From a virus (taxonomy: Duplodnaviria > Caudoviricetes), in IMG/VR virus record IMGVR_UViG_3300028738_000069, positions 1-25,202 of that record: DNA of 25,202 nt, one strand, 5' to 3'. Below are positions 9,285-18,604 of this stretch, in pieces. Both the position numbers and the translations under genes were made by a program. The notes beneath the pieces were generated by a model. That model was not told where the DNA came from, searched no databases, and worked only from the letters and a program-made list of their open reading frames with translations. The stretch's first letter is position 1. The number at the start of each line of letters is the position of its first letter.

Positions 9285-11759
9285 ATGTTCTCACCTATCA
9301 CAGACCAGAGACCAGTATTTATTGATTCATTCGGGAACCCTGCGTCTTATGGACGGGTGACATATTATAACCTCGGAACGACTACGCCAAAAACGATTTA
9401 CTCTGATTACACGCTTGCAACCCCAATTCAAAACCCGCAAATCCTTAACGTGGCGGGTCGTACCGATACACAAGTATTTGCAGGATACGGAAACTATACC
9501 GTACTTGTGGAACGCTTTATAGGCGTAGACATCTTGACGGCTGACCCCATTACCGATTGGGTATTTGATAATCAATTTGATGTGAATGGACTCGAAACAA
9601 TTGCCGCATCGGGAACGATGGCAACGGTGTCTACCATTGCGCTATTAAAGGCGATCAATCCAGCTACATACGCAAGCGTATTGGTTACGGGATATAATAC
9701 GCTAGGAGACTGCCCTGCCCGTGTATTTAACTGGATTGTAGGATACGCTACGAGTGAGAACCTTGGCACTGTGGTAGACTCGAATGTGTCCAGTGCGGGC
9801 CGTTGGGTGCTTAATGTTGTGGGCGACTCTGTGGATGTTCGCATCTTCGGGGCTATCCCTGACACCAATGGAGCGGTAAACGGTTCCATTTCAAACTGTG
9901 AGGGGTTCTGTAATTCGCTCTCAGGGCATCCCGTGACAATGTACTTCCCAAAGGGAATCTACCAAGTTAGCGGAACACTAACGCAAGTAGTGCGTGTGAA
10001 TTGCAAGATAGACAAAGGCGTTTATTTCAACAACATCACAGCAGCAGCAAACTATAAACTTGACTTACAATCGTCCTATGACATCCACTTAGATGATTGT
10101 TTGAATCTATCGGGTGCCGTTGGATCGTCTCATTTGCTCTTTAGCAAGCAAGGAACCGTTAACGCTGAATGGTTCGGGGCGGGAAGTTCGGGTCTACTTG
10201 AGATCCTCAATTACGTTTCTGACGGCAATACGCTTGTAGTAAATGACGCCCGTGGAGGCAATGTCACTACAGGATACCCAACAGTTAAACATCATTTAGT
10301 ATTTGGATATAACGGATCATTGACGCTTACTGGAGCAGGGTATACGGTTAGACCGTTATCTGTTACGAATGGAAATCCAAACGGATGTTTCCTTGGTTTA
10401 ACTACAGGTCTATTAAATCTTCGTGATATTCCAACGCATCGCCTGTCCTGGTTTAATTCCGCGATTGATGCGGGGCGTGTGATAGCGGCTGAATTCAATC
10501 AAACAATTTCTGGACACCCTTTAATAATCGACTGCAATAGAACGCTATCCAATGCGTTTGTGGGACGATTGGACATAATGCCAGAAACGGGAATACTTAC
10601 CATGGATAACGCAGGTATCGACCTGTCTATATCAAAAATACTTGGTGGTGATATTGCGTTATTTGACGGAACAGTTGCATTTGTTTCAAAGGGTATAACT
10701 CGCCTTGCATGGTGGGTATACGGTGGAATGAGCCACACAACGGCACTACAGAACGCTTGTAACGTAGCAAGCCTTTCCGATGTGAAAACACTAGAAGGAT
10801 CTAATATTCATTTGTCGTCTGTTGCGGGAACGATAAACGTAGGCGCAAACTACGTCAACAATTTACGCATCCAGTCAGGAAGTGCAAGTCTTAACTTGAC
10901 GTCATACTGTACATTTACTGGATGCTATGTAAACACAACAGGTAACGCTATCGTAAACAATGGAGGCTACTCTTGTGTTATCAGCAATAACGATATTGAG
11001 TCTACTTCATACGCTTATTTCGGTGGTGATTGCGTAGAATTGCGGATCACAAACAACCGTTTCCGTGGTGACATGGATATATCATCCAGTGTAATCATGG
11101 ATAGCAATTTCCTTGGGTCGGGTGGAACCTACAACGGAATTGCAATCAAGAATACAGCTATCATTGCGGGAAACGTAATTGAAAATAGTATCATCATGTC
11201 AAGTACTTCAAGCATTCATGGGATTACAATTACCGACAATGTATTTACTGACGTAGGTAATCACCCAATAGTAACAATGACTACATCTACGGCTTTGACT
11301 GCCATCAAGGGTGTAACGATTGTCGACAACGTATTCAAAGATTATAGCGTCTTGACTGATGTATTTACCTCATCCATTACGGGTTCTGGCTCATGGACGG
11401 GTGATCCAATGATAACAATCCATAACAACGCCAAGACAAACAGCAATGTGACTGTTCGCCAAACGCAAGGAACGGCTGCAGCGGTATTCAAAACAGGCGT
11501 AGTAAATAACTACACTGGAAGGATTGATATGTCTGCGGCTTCCAATATTTTCCCTCCGTTTCTTATCGGAAATACATTGGGCGTTTTTGCCATTACATCC
11601 TTGACGGGTGGATATAACCAAATTCTAGGCGCATTGTCAAACGTATACGCCACTACTGGCTATCCTTATGCAGACATACAGTTAACGGGTAGCACTGCAG
11701 TGATAAACACCAATTACAATGTTCAGATTTCATATATCCTTTATTCTCAGGCCATATAA
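9285..11759 (+). CDS. Tailspike / receptor-binding protein with beta-helix repeats
   Basis: N-terminal 'GNPASYGRVTYYNLGTTTPKTIYSD...NPQILNVAGR' virion-attachment domain; 'VDVRIFGAIPD', 'MYFPKGIY' and repeated I-x-x-N-x-F/I parallel beta-helix units. Confidence 0.8.
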   Translation: MFSPITDQRPVFIDSFGNPASYGRVTYYNLGTTTPKTIYSDYTLATPIQNPQILNVAGRTDTQVFAGYGNYTVLVERFIGVDILTADPITDWVFDNQFDVNGLETIAASGTMATVSTIALLKAINPATYASVLVTGYNTLGDCPARVFNWIVGYATSENLGTVVDSNVSSAGRWVLNVVGDSVDVRIFGAIPDTNGAVNGSISNCEGFCNSLSGHPVTMYFPKGIYQVSGTLTQVVRVNCKIDKGVYFNNITAAANYKLDLQSSYDIHLDDCLNLSGAVGSSHLLFSKQGTVNAEWFGAGSSGLLEILNYVSDGNTLVVNDARGGNVTTGYPTVKHHLVFGYNGSLTLTGAGYTVRPLSVTNGNPNGCFLGLTTGLLNLRDIPTHRLSWFNSAIDAGRVIAAEFNQTISGHPLIIDCNRTLSNAFVGRLDIMPETGILTMDNAGIDLSISKILGGDIALFDGTVAFVSKGITRLAWWVYGGMSHTTALQNACNVASLSDVKTLEGSNIHLSSVAGTINVGANYVNNLRIQSGSASLNLTSYCTFTGCYVNTTGNAIVNNGGYSCVISNNDIESTSYAYFGGDCVELRITNNRFRGDMDISSSVIMDSNFLGSGGTYNGIAIKNTAIIAGNVIENSIIMSSTSSIHGITITDNVFTDVGNHPIVTMTTSTALTAIKGVTIVDNVFKDYSVLTDVFTSSITGSGSWTGDPMITIHNNAKTNSNVTVRQTQGTAAAVFKTGVVNNYTGRIDMSAASNIFPPFLIGNTLGVFAITSLTGGYNQILGALSNVYATTGYPYADIQLTGSTAVINTNYNVQISYILYSQAI

Positions 11760-12769
11760 TGTCAAAACTATTCATGCCTTGGTTGATTACCCAGTTCCGT
11801 GATGCGAATGATAATCCTCTATCGGGTGGAAAAGTATACGCATACCAAGCGGGAACGACTACGCCACAGGTCACTTACAACTATACGGGGACTGCAAACC
11901 TGCATCCTGTAATTCTTGATGGGTCAGGATGTGGTGAAATTAAACTTGATGATACTTTGCCGCCCTATGACGTTGTGGTAAAAGACTCAAACGGGGCTTT
12001 GGTTCGTTCGTACCCAAGCGTGTCATTCTCTAGTGGTGGTGGTAGCTCTGGTGTAACATCCGTCAACGGTGATACAGGCCCAGCAGTCATCCTTGATGCG
12101 GGTGACATTGGAGCGTTGCCGATTACGGGCGGGACGATTGACGGATTTGCTTCTGTAGTCACGGCTCATACAATGCCCATACACTCAAACCCACATATTG
12201 ACTTTACAAACCCCTACGGTAAAACAGAAGGTGCCGCATCAAGAGTAGAGAATGGTCAGGGTCAAATCGCCCAAGTATATGCCAACGACCAGTTAGATAT
12301 ATCTAATGCAGGTGAGCAAGGTATTGAATTTCTCAATGCAACTTATGGCGCAAAGATCAGAACGACAAGCGGACTTGGAGATACGGATATAACCATTAGG
12401 CAGACATACGCAAGCGAAAGCCTTGCCTATCTGTCAGACATCCCAACGGTCATCACAAACCACAATACCCTATCAGGAAAGCAAGGTGGAACTACCGCAG
12501 AGTTTTACCATTTGACCGCTGCGGAAACTTTAGGCGTGAAACTTGCAATCGTCACACGCACGGGAAGCGCATCTACGGAAGCGACAACACGCACGGTACG
12601 ATACATAGGAACGGGTGGACATATTGAGACATTGCCTACACCTACAAGCGATGGGCGTTTGATTACGTTCATCCATTCGGGTGGTGGTGTTTGGACTGTG
12701 GACGGTGAAGATATTTACAACGGTGAAAGTTTAACAATGAAAGACTCTGGTCAATGGGAGATTATATGA
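11759..12769 (+). CDS. Second tail fibre/spike-like protein
   Basis: N-terminus paralogous to 9285..11759 ('NPLSGGKVYAYQAGTTTPQVTY'); fibre motif 'VTSVNGDTGPAVILDAGDIGALP'. Confidence 0.7.
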   Translation: MSKLFMPWLITQFRDANDNPLSGGKVYAYQAGTTTPQVTYNYTGTANLHPVILDGSGCGEIKLDDTLPPYDVVVKDSNGALVRSYPSVSFSSGGGSSGVTSVNGDTGPAVILDAGDIGALPITGGTIDGFASVVTAHTMPIHSNPHIDFTNPYGKTEGAASRVENGQGQIAQVYANDQLDISNAGEQGIEFLNATYGAKIRTTSGLGDTDITIRQTYASESLAYLSDIPTVITNHNTLSGKQGGTTAEFYHLTAAETLGVKLAIVTRTGSASTEATTRTVRYIGTGGHIETLPTPTSDGRLITFIHSGGGVWTVDGEDIYNGESLTMKDSGQWEII

Positions 12770-14832
12770 GCAATCGACTTAATGGGCGTGGAATTGAACA
12801 GGGGTATGCCCCATTTTACGGTGTCAGCACAGAAGAGCAATTAGCGACTACGGTAGACGAATCTGGAGCACAACAGTCAAGAGCGCAGGTATTGACTGAC
12901 GAAGGTGGGTATCGTGTAAATTTTGCAAATAGCTCTTTGGCTGTATCTATCGGTACTTGCACCTTTACCAATGGCTCAAACATTGTATCGGGTACGGGTC
13001 TATCAAACTACGATCTGCACAATGGCGACTACATCTATCTCAATGCGGACGGTGTAACGGCACAGGCACATATTGATTATTTTACAGACACAAAAATAAT
13101 TCTTGAAAAAAACTACACAGGTGCAGGGGGCACAGGAGCTTCTAGCCGTCAATTAGTCGCTTCAAAGACTGGCACAGGTCAAACTATATCAGTTGCATCA
13201 GGAGCGTGTACGATAACGCTTGGCAACACAACGGGAGCGACAGCGGAATTAGAGCGTGATGTAGACATGATGCCTATTGATAAGACTTGCGCTATGTCAA
13301 TTTCACAACGCGTAGCAAACCAAGATATTTACGCAGGGTTTTACAATGAGGCAATTGACCCTACCAATATTTTTGCATGGTTTCATTTTAACGGCACAAC
13401 GAATACAACGGTAATATGTGAGACAGGCCGTAACCCAACCACAGCACCAAGTGTCGCTGAAACGCAGAGCACTACAATTACATTGCCTTCCGGTTTGACC
13501 ACGGCAACGTCTAACCGTTACCGTGTATCAGTCTTACAAGACAGAGTCGTATTCTCAATTAACGATACCATTGTAGCAGCACATCAAAAGGTAGTTCCTT
13601 TATTTTCAGATTTGCTTACCTCAACTATCCGAGGCATTAACGGTACAACTCCGACTACAGGTACGTCTATTGTTGTTGATTATGATTATGTGCGTAACTT
13701 TAACTCTCTCATGATTGAGACAAGTTCAACGGCTATCACAATAAATGATGATAATGTACCTATCACAGACTCGACTACCTATAACGCATCTGGTGTAATT
13801 ACAATTAACACCGTGCTTGCAACTTTTGATTGCTCTCAGGTTCGAAGTGTGTTCGTTTCTGGACAGGCCGGAACGACTGGCGCAATCACACCTGAATTCT
13901 ACAATGAGATTACTACCACTTGGGTTCCCGTTGCTCTTATCCCCGCTCTTGGCGGTGCTATTGCTACAACAATTAGCACTACCACAGGGTTATGGATGAT
14001 TCCTGTCACGGGTAAGACGTTGCGATTCCGCCTTTCAACGGCTACCACAGCAGGAAATACTCAACTTGTCATCAATGGATCTCGGGAAAATATCGCAATA
14101 GCTCCGACTACCATAGCGGCTACTCAGTCAGGTACATGGAATATTGGAACGGTAACGCCAGGCACGGCAGCGACAAACTTAGGTAAAGCCGAAGATGCAG
14201 CACATACTAGCGCAGACGTTGGCATAGAAATGCTTGGCGTTCGTACGGATTCGCTTGTCTTGGGGGCGGGAGCAAATACTCGCTATGGGTATATTGCCCT
14301 TGATAAATTTAATGCCCAACTTGTAAGGTCGTTTGAAAAGCAAGCCAAAACATACCGTGCCGCTACAGCATTTGCAACCACAGCGGGAGCATTAAAGGAT
14401 TTCTTTGAAATATTTGGCAATGCCACCACTACAGTAGTCGTTACTGGCATAACAATAACGGGATACGCAACAGCAGCAACTCAGTGGTTAATTGCAGCTA
14501 CGAAGCGATCTACGGCTAATACCGCTGGAACTAAAGCAGCACTTACCGCTGTTCCTTTGGATTCAACTGATTCCGCTTCAAGCTCAATCCCTCAACAGTA
14601 TTCCGTCGATCCTACTGCGATAGGCACTTCTGTTGGTGATGTAGACTCAAGGTATGTAAACCTAAACGCTGGAGCGGCATCTACAGGAAACTCGAGTACA
14701 TTTATTTCATTCGGTGATAAAGGAAAGGGTGTTCTTCTCTCGGGCGTTACTCAGGGACTATGTATTAGGACTATCGGAGCGGCACCAGCGGGAACAACTA
14801 TTACCATTACGATTGAATGGTATGAATTCTAA
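12766..14832 (+). CDS. Thr/Gly-rich virion appendage / tail-associated protein
   Basis: ATGA overlap gives a start at 12766 (ORF track starts at 12754); very Thr-rich, beta-rich, with 'TNLGKAEDAAHTSADVG'. Confidence 0.55.
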   Translation: MSNRLNGRGIEQGYAPFYGVSTEEQLATTVDESGAQQSRAQVLTDEGGYRVNFANSSLAVSIGTCTFTNGSNIVSGTGLSNYDLHNGDYIYLNADGVTAQAHIDYFTDTKIILEKNYTGAGGTGASSRQLVASKTGTGQTISVASGACTITLGNTTGATAELERDVDMMPIDKTCAMSISQRVANQDIYAGFYNEAIDPTNIFAWFHFNGTTNTTVICETGRNPTTAPSVAETQSTTITLPSGLTTATSNRYRVSVLQDRVVFSINDTIVAAHQKVVPLFSDLLTSTIRGINGTTPTTGTSIVVDYDYVRNFNSLMIETSSTAITINDDNVPITDSTTYNASGVITINTVLATFDCSQVRSVFVSGQAGTTGAITPEFYNEITTTWVPVALIPALGGAIATTISTTTGLWMIPVTGKTLRFRLSTATTAGNTQLVINGSRENIAIAPTTIAATQSGTWNIGTVTPGTAATNLGKAEDAAHTSADVGIEMLGVRTDSLVLGAGANTRYGYIALDKFNAQLVRSFEKQAKTYRAATAFATTAGALKDFFEIFGNATTTVVVTGITITGYATAATQWLIAATKRSTANTAGTKAALTAVPLDSTDSASSSIPQQYSVDPTAIGTSVGDVDSRYVNLNAGAASTGNSSTFISFGDKGKGVLLSGVTQGLCIRTIGAAPAGTTITITIEWYEF

Positions 14833-14864
14833 TCTTAATTAGTATATTCTAATATAGGTAAATA

Positions 14865-15170
14865 ATGACATCAGTAGACCAGAAAGCAAAGAAGATGGGA
14901 AAGACCATGACTGGTTTACTTGCGTTATTGTTTGCCGCTGTTGGATATATATCATGGCAACCATTATTGACGGCTGTTGGATCAATCGGAAACGAATCAA
15001 AAGCAAATGAAAGCTATGAGATAAGATTGGAAAAGCATATTGCTAGTGACTCTGTAACGACTCTCTATATCCAAGCGGATATACAGGACATCAAGCAGAG
15101 CGCAAAAGAAAGCGAAGCAAGAGAAAGACGAATGATTGAGCTACTAACAGAAATAAGGAATAGACCATGA
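14865..15170 (+). CDS. Membrane protein (one TM plus coiled coil), lysis module
   Basis: Hydrophobic 'GLLALLFAAVGYISW' followed by a coiled coil; first gene of the lysis cluster. Confidence 0.5.
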   Translation: MTSVDQKAKKMGKTMTGLLALLFAAVGYISWQPLLTAVGSIGNESKANESYEIRLEKHIASDSVTTLYIQADIQDIKQSAKESEARERRMIELLTEIRNRP

Positions 15171-15370
15171 ACAAAATAATGAATTTTCTTAATGGCCATA
15201 AGACATGGATTGGTGCGACCATGATGGTGGTCGGGACAATCGGCCTACCTTTTGTTACCATCCCCGCACAGGTTGCCACGCTTCTCCTATACGGTGGAAC
15301 TGCTTTGGGTGGTGCTGGCATCGCTCACAAGGCCATTAAAGCCGCAGAAGAATTGAAGGCGGCTAAGTGA
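15167..15370 (+). CDS. Putative holin
   Basis: 67 aa, 'FLNGHKTWIGA', two hydrophobic segments, basic C-terminus; upstream of the endolysin. Confidence 0.6.
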   Translation: MNKIMNFLNGHKTWIGATMMVVGTIGLPFVTIPAQVATLLLYGGTALGGAGIAHKAIKAAEELKAAK

Positions 15371-15555
15371 GTTGGGTACAGCCACACGAAGGACAGTTAG
15401 GAGCGTGTCGCATTAAGCCAAGCCCTACTAAGTTGTGGGAGTCTGGCTATACAATCAGATCATGGTCTAGCCCTGATCGAATAATGGTTACACGTAATGG
15501 ACATGGGCAAGGCGTTTACATCTACTCCCCAACACAAGTACAGGTTAACGATTAA
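15367..15555 (+). CDS. Hypothetical protein
   Basis: GTGA overlap with the holin stop; fills the gap to the endolysin. Confidence 0.4.
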   Translation: MSWVQPHEGQLGACRIKPSPTKLWESGYTIRSWSSPDRIMVTRNGHGQGVYIYSPTQVQVND

Positions 15556-15558
15556 CAC

Positions 15559-15900
15559 ATGGGTGGTTTTATGATCCTGAAAAATTGCGACTTACGAAAG
15601 ATGTCAACACATATCGGGCTTGCCATTTCCCTCACAGAGCGTATCTATGCCCATTATAACCGTGAGATGGTAATCACATCGGTATGCGATGGAACGCATG
15701 GCGTAGGCTCTCTACACGCCTCTGGCAATGCCTTTGACGTTAGGATCAAGAACCTAGACGGTGATGATACGAATATCACCGATAATGATCAGCATCTAGC
15801 AGCTCAGATTGTAGAGGATCTTAGGCATGAGCTAGGGGCACAGTTTGACGTTGTGTTGGAAAAGGATCATATCCACGTTGAATATGATCCTAAAGGTTGA
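15559..15900 (+). CDS. Endolysin, peptidase M15 (LAS zinc peptidase) family
   Basis: 'ITSVCDGTH..GSLHASGNAFD' (H-x6-D) and 'DHIHVEY' (HxH) motifs; may start at 15571. Confidence 0.8.
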   Translation: MGGFMILKNCDLRKMSTHIGLAISLTERIYAHYNREMVITSVCDGTHGVGSLHASGNAFDVRIKNLDGDDTNITDNDQHLAAQIVEDLRHELGAQFDVVLEKDHIHVEYDPKG

Positions 15901-15965
15901 CACGTTTCAAAATTGCGTTAATGTTTGTCTGTTTTGTTAACGGGTTTGGAGATCCTAGCCGAAAT

Positions 15966-15992
15966 GCCCTTGAGAAATCAGGGGCTTTTTTT
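15966..15992 (+). terminator. Rho-independent terminator ending the late operon
   Basis: GCCCTTGA-GAAA-TCAGGGGC followed by T7. Confidence 0.8.
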
Positions 15993-16115
15993 ATCAAAAA
16001 AAATGGCCGCCAACTAGCGTGGCGATAATCGCTAGTCAGTGCTACTCAATGGTAGCCATCTGTACGCACAGGTAAAGCTCTTTCATCGTGTAGGGGCGTG
16101 TTGTCATGGTTTCCT

Positions 16116-16141
16116 CTTGTCGGGTACATCGTTTGTTAGGC
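16116..16141 (-). other. Truncated attC (R''/L'' arm only)
   Basis: Minus strand GCCTAAC-AAACG-ATGTACCC-GACAAG matches the left arms of the other attCs; no L'/R' arm follows. Confidence 0.7.
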
Positions 16142-16408
16142 TATGCCGTTAATTATTGCCCAATCGCAAATTATCTCTGTTGCGTTTTGTTCTATGAATC
16201 CTTCTGGCGTTACATTATAAATAATCGGATTACCGCCATATTGCTTTACTGCTTTTTTTGCGTAGTATTCTGCACTCGCCTTAGACATAGTAAGAAACAC
16301 AACATCCAAATTTTTATTTCTGAATAATTCACGCAAATATCCTGTTTCAATAGATGGCATAATCCTGTCTTTTATCTGTATTGCATCCGTTGTTCCATGA
16401 AACGCCAT
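16136..16408 (-). CDS. Small ADP-ribosyltransferase-fold protein (Arr-like), gene cassette
   Basis: 'FHGT', 'VFLT...A..YA' and 'IYNVTP' follow the Arr/ART strand pattern; GAGG RBS; TAA stop lies inside the R'' site GCCTAAC. Confidence 0.6.
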   Translation of the reverse strand: MAFHGTTDAIQIKDRIMPSIETGYLRELFRNKNLDVVFLTMSKASAEYYAKKAVKQYGGNPIIYNVTPEGFIEQNATEIICDWAIINGIA

Positions 16409-16423
16409 AAGTTCCTCGCATTA

Positions 16424-16506
16424 GCCTAACGCTGAGATAATCCGCAAGCCAGTTGGCAACCCATGTAGGCGTTACTTTGGCTTGTCGGATTCATCGTTTG
16501 TTAGAC
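16424..16506 (-). other. attC site (83 bp)
   Basis: GTCTAAC-AAACG-ATGAATCC-GACAAGCCA...TGGCTTGC-GGATTAT-CTCAGC-GTTAGGC: R''/L''/L'/R' boxes, 5- and 6-nt spacers, two extra (extrahelical) bases. Confidence 0.9.
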
Positions 16507-16511
16507 GGCTT

Positions 16512-17080
16512 TTATTTTCCTGAAAGTGTTTTGAATGCAAGTGCAGCCACGCTTGGAACTTGTCCATTTCCAACTCTTGCGAGCCGCTCCACATTTCCGG
16601 CCAATTCATCATCCACTCTGCAAAGGTAGGGTGGCAAGCTATCTTCTTCTTTATTCTTCCATTCATTTCTCTCCCTGCAAAATTCTTCCACAGACCGATC
16701 AAACGATGTGAAAGACGGCTGGTGTCTTTCCAAGTCTCGCTGGATCTTAGTGGCCCCACTTCGTGAATGATCCTTGCCATTTCTGCCCACAATCCGCTTC
16801 TAGTTCCCTGTTGGATTCCTCTTCTGAATCCTGCGGGGCTGATGTCCTGGCATGGGAACCCTCCACAAACAATGTCTGCAATTCCTTTCCATGGCTTCCC
16901 GTCAAATGTGCAGACATCATCCCAGATTGGGAACCATGGCAAAGCTCCTTCTCGTTGCCTTTGAATGAGTTTGTCTCTAGCATCTTTTTCAAATTCAACT
17001 GCGCAAACTGGCCTATGTCCGAGAAGTAAGCCGCCGAGGATTCCTCCCCCCGATCCTGCAAATAAGTGTAGCTCATTCAT
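16512..17080 (-). pseudogene. C5-cytosine DNA methyltransferase with internal deletion and frameshift, gene cassette
   Basis: Motif I (LFAGSGG) and motif IV (GGFPCQD) are in the 17080 frame; motif X (RVGNGQVP) is in the 16512..16790 frame; motifs VI-VIII (ENV, RxR) are absent after 'IIHEVGP' (~16750). Confidence 0.8.
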
Positions 17081-17103
17081 TTTATTCCTGTATTGATTTG
17101 TCC

Positions 17104-17146
17104 GTCTAACACCCTAGTGACCCCTGTTTTTCACATCCCGTTATCC
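17104..17146 (-). other. attI-like site heading array 1
   Basis: Non-palindromic 36 bp plus GTTAGAC core; 36/43 identical to 22126-22168. Confidence 0.65.
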
Positions 17147-17268
17147 TGAATTTCGTCACCGTGAAATTCATTCCGTGATTCCTTTCGACTTTAGCCATTC
17201 TTTACGTTCCGAAATTCCTTCTGTTACCACTTCGGGCATTTCTCGCTCATACACTCACCTCGTTTTGT

Positions 17269-17496
17269 TTATTGTTTGATCTTGCCTATCCAGTATTGCT
17301 TTACCCTCTTCCCATTCGCCAGTTTAACCCACTCCCAGCGCACTTCCAGATTAGTGCCTATCAGTAGCTCCCGAATGTCGCTTATTCGCCTTGTGAAGCC
17401 TCCTAGCACCCCGTACAGCTTGAAAGCGTCAAGGTTAGTCAGGTACTGCGTTTCCATGTGAAGGATCATCTTATCGACTTGAGTTTTGACCATCAC
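17269..17496 (-). CDS. Small winged-helix/HTH protein
   Basis: 'LTNLDAFKLYGV...RRISDIR...KRVKQY' pattern common in phage HTH proteins. Confidence 0.6.
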   Translation of the reverse strand: MMVKTQVDKMILHMETQYLTNLDAFKLYGVLGGFTRRISDIRELLIGTNLEVRWEWVKLANGKRVKQYWIGKIKQ

Positions 17497-17699
17497 ATAA
17501 CCGCCTTATAGATTGTGAACCATACCTGTGCAATCCCATCAAACACCCGATTCCAGCCCAGAGTCAGCGTCTCAAGGCCGTAATAAAACGATCCGATGAT
17601 TGAGCCGATAGCGAGGAATCCGATGATTAGCATCAGCACCGCATCGAGTAGGATATAGTGCTTTCCGTGTGGTTGTTTGTAGTCGTTTTCAAATGTCAT
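17493..17699 (-). CDS. Small membrane protein
   Basis: Long hydrophobic segment; ATGA coupling on both sides. Confidence 0.55.
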   Translation of the reverse strand: MTFENDYKQPHGKHYILLDAVLMLIIGFLAIGSIIGSFYYGLETLTLGWNRVFDGIAQVWFTIYKAVM

Positions 17700-18583
17700 T
17701 TATTCACCCTGACGTTGATAAATGAAACAACCTTCCCTAGCAATCCTCTTACCTCAATAGCGGTTGAATTTGCTTCTAGGGTCAAAAGGGATGGAAATTG
17801 AATTGAACCAATCAATCGAGCCAATTCAAGCAACTTTTCATTATCTGGTGCAGCCTCAAATTTCTTGCGCTCATTTTCTTTTGCAATTGCTTGTTTTGCC
17901 TCAGATTCATCCTTTTCCTTTTGCTTTCGTAGTTCTTGTGCGGCCTTTGCTTGTTCTTCTGCAAGTTGCTTATTAAGTACATCCTTTTGCTTTTGAAGTT
18001 CTGCGTTTTCTAAACGAATGCGATCGTTTTCAATTCGTTCCGCTTCTTTCTTTTCTTCCTCTTGTTTTACTTCTAGTTCTTGCTTTTCTTTCTGAGAATT
18101 AGCAATTGAAATAATTCGTTCAAATTCAAAATCTGCCATCTTTCCAAGATCACCGAATGAAGGTAGAAAAACCTGATAAGAATCTAATACGGCTTGCCGT
18201 TCTGCTCGTAGCGCATCTTGGCGTTTCTTTTCCTGATTCTCTGCAAACTTTTCCTGTGTCTCTAGGTATTCCTCAATAGGAGAAATAACCGACTCAATAA
18301 GATTGTATGCGCCTTGCACGGCCTTGCCATATCGCAATGAATCCTCTTTCAATTCCTTTCGAGTCTTATCTGCATCAATGCGAATTTGGCGCATGATAAG
18401 TCTAGATTCTCTCGCAAGTTTCATTTCTGTTAACTGGGTCGCATCAGTAACAATAATTGATTTCGCTTTGTCCGCTAATTCAATTGCCCTTTCGATAAAC
18501 GGGGAAAATTTTTCCATCAACATAGATTCGGTCTGTTGCTCTACGTTTTGCTTCTTGATTTCGATAAACATTAATTCGTTCAT
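17696..18583 (-). CDS. Coiled-coil phage protein (DUF1351/Gam-like position)
   Basis: 'RIDADKTRKELKEDSLRYGKAVQ' and an E/K-rich coiled coil; in the recombination module. Confidence 0.55.
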   Translation of the reverse strand: MNELMFIEIKKQNVEQQTESMLMEKFSPFIERAIELADKAKSIIVTDATQLTEMKLARESRLIMRQIRIDADKTRKELKEDSLRYGKAVQGAYNLIESVISPIEEYLETQEKFAENQEKKRQDALRAERQAVLDSYQVFLPSFGDLGKMADFEFERIISIANSQKEKQELEVKQEEEKKEAERIENDRIRLENAELQKQKDVLNKQLAEEQAKAAQELRKQKEKDESEAKQAIAKENERKKFEAAPDNEKLLELARLIGSIQFPSLLTLEANSTAIEVRGLLGKVVSFINVRVNK

Positions 18584-18604
18584 TTTTATTCCTTTGTTTC
18601 TTGT

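Larger units (their letters stand above)
16116..17146 (-). mobile_element. Integron-like cassette array 1 (attI-like site, 2 cassettes, 1 complete and 1 truncated attC)
   Basis: GTTAGAC at 17110-17104, C5-MTase cassette, attC 16506-16424, ART cassette, half attC 16141-16116. Confidence 0.85.

Noticed and set aside
9285-14832. Diversity-generating retroelement or invertible tail-fibre segment
   Set aside because: No reverse transcriptase, invertase, TR/VR pair or flanking inverted repeats seen.
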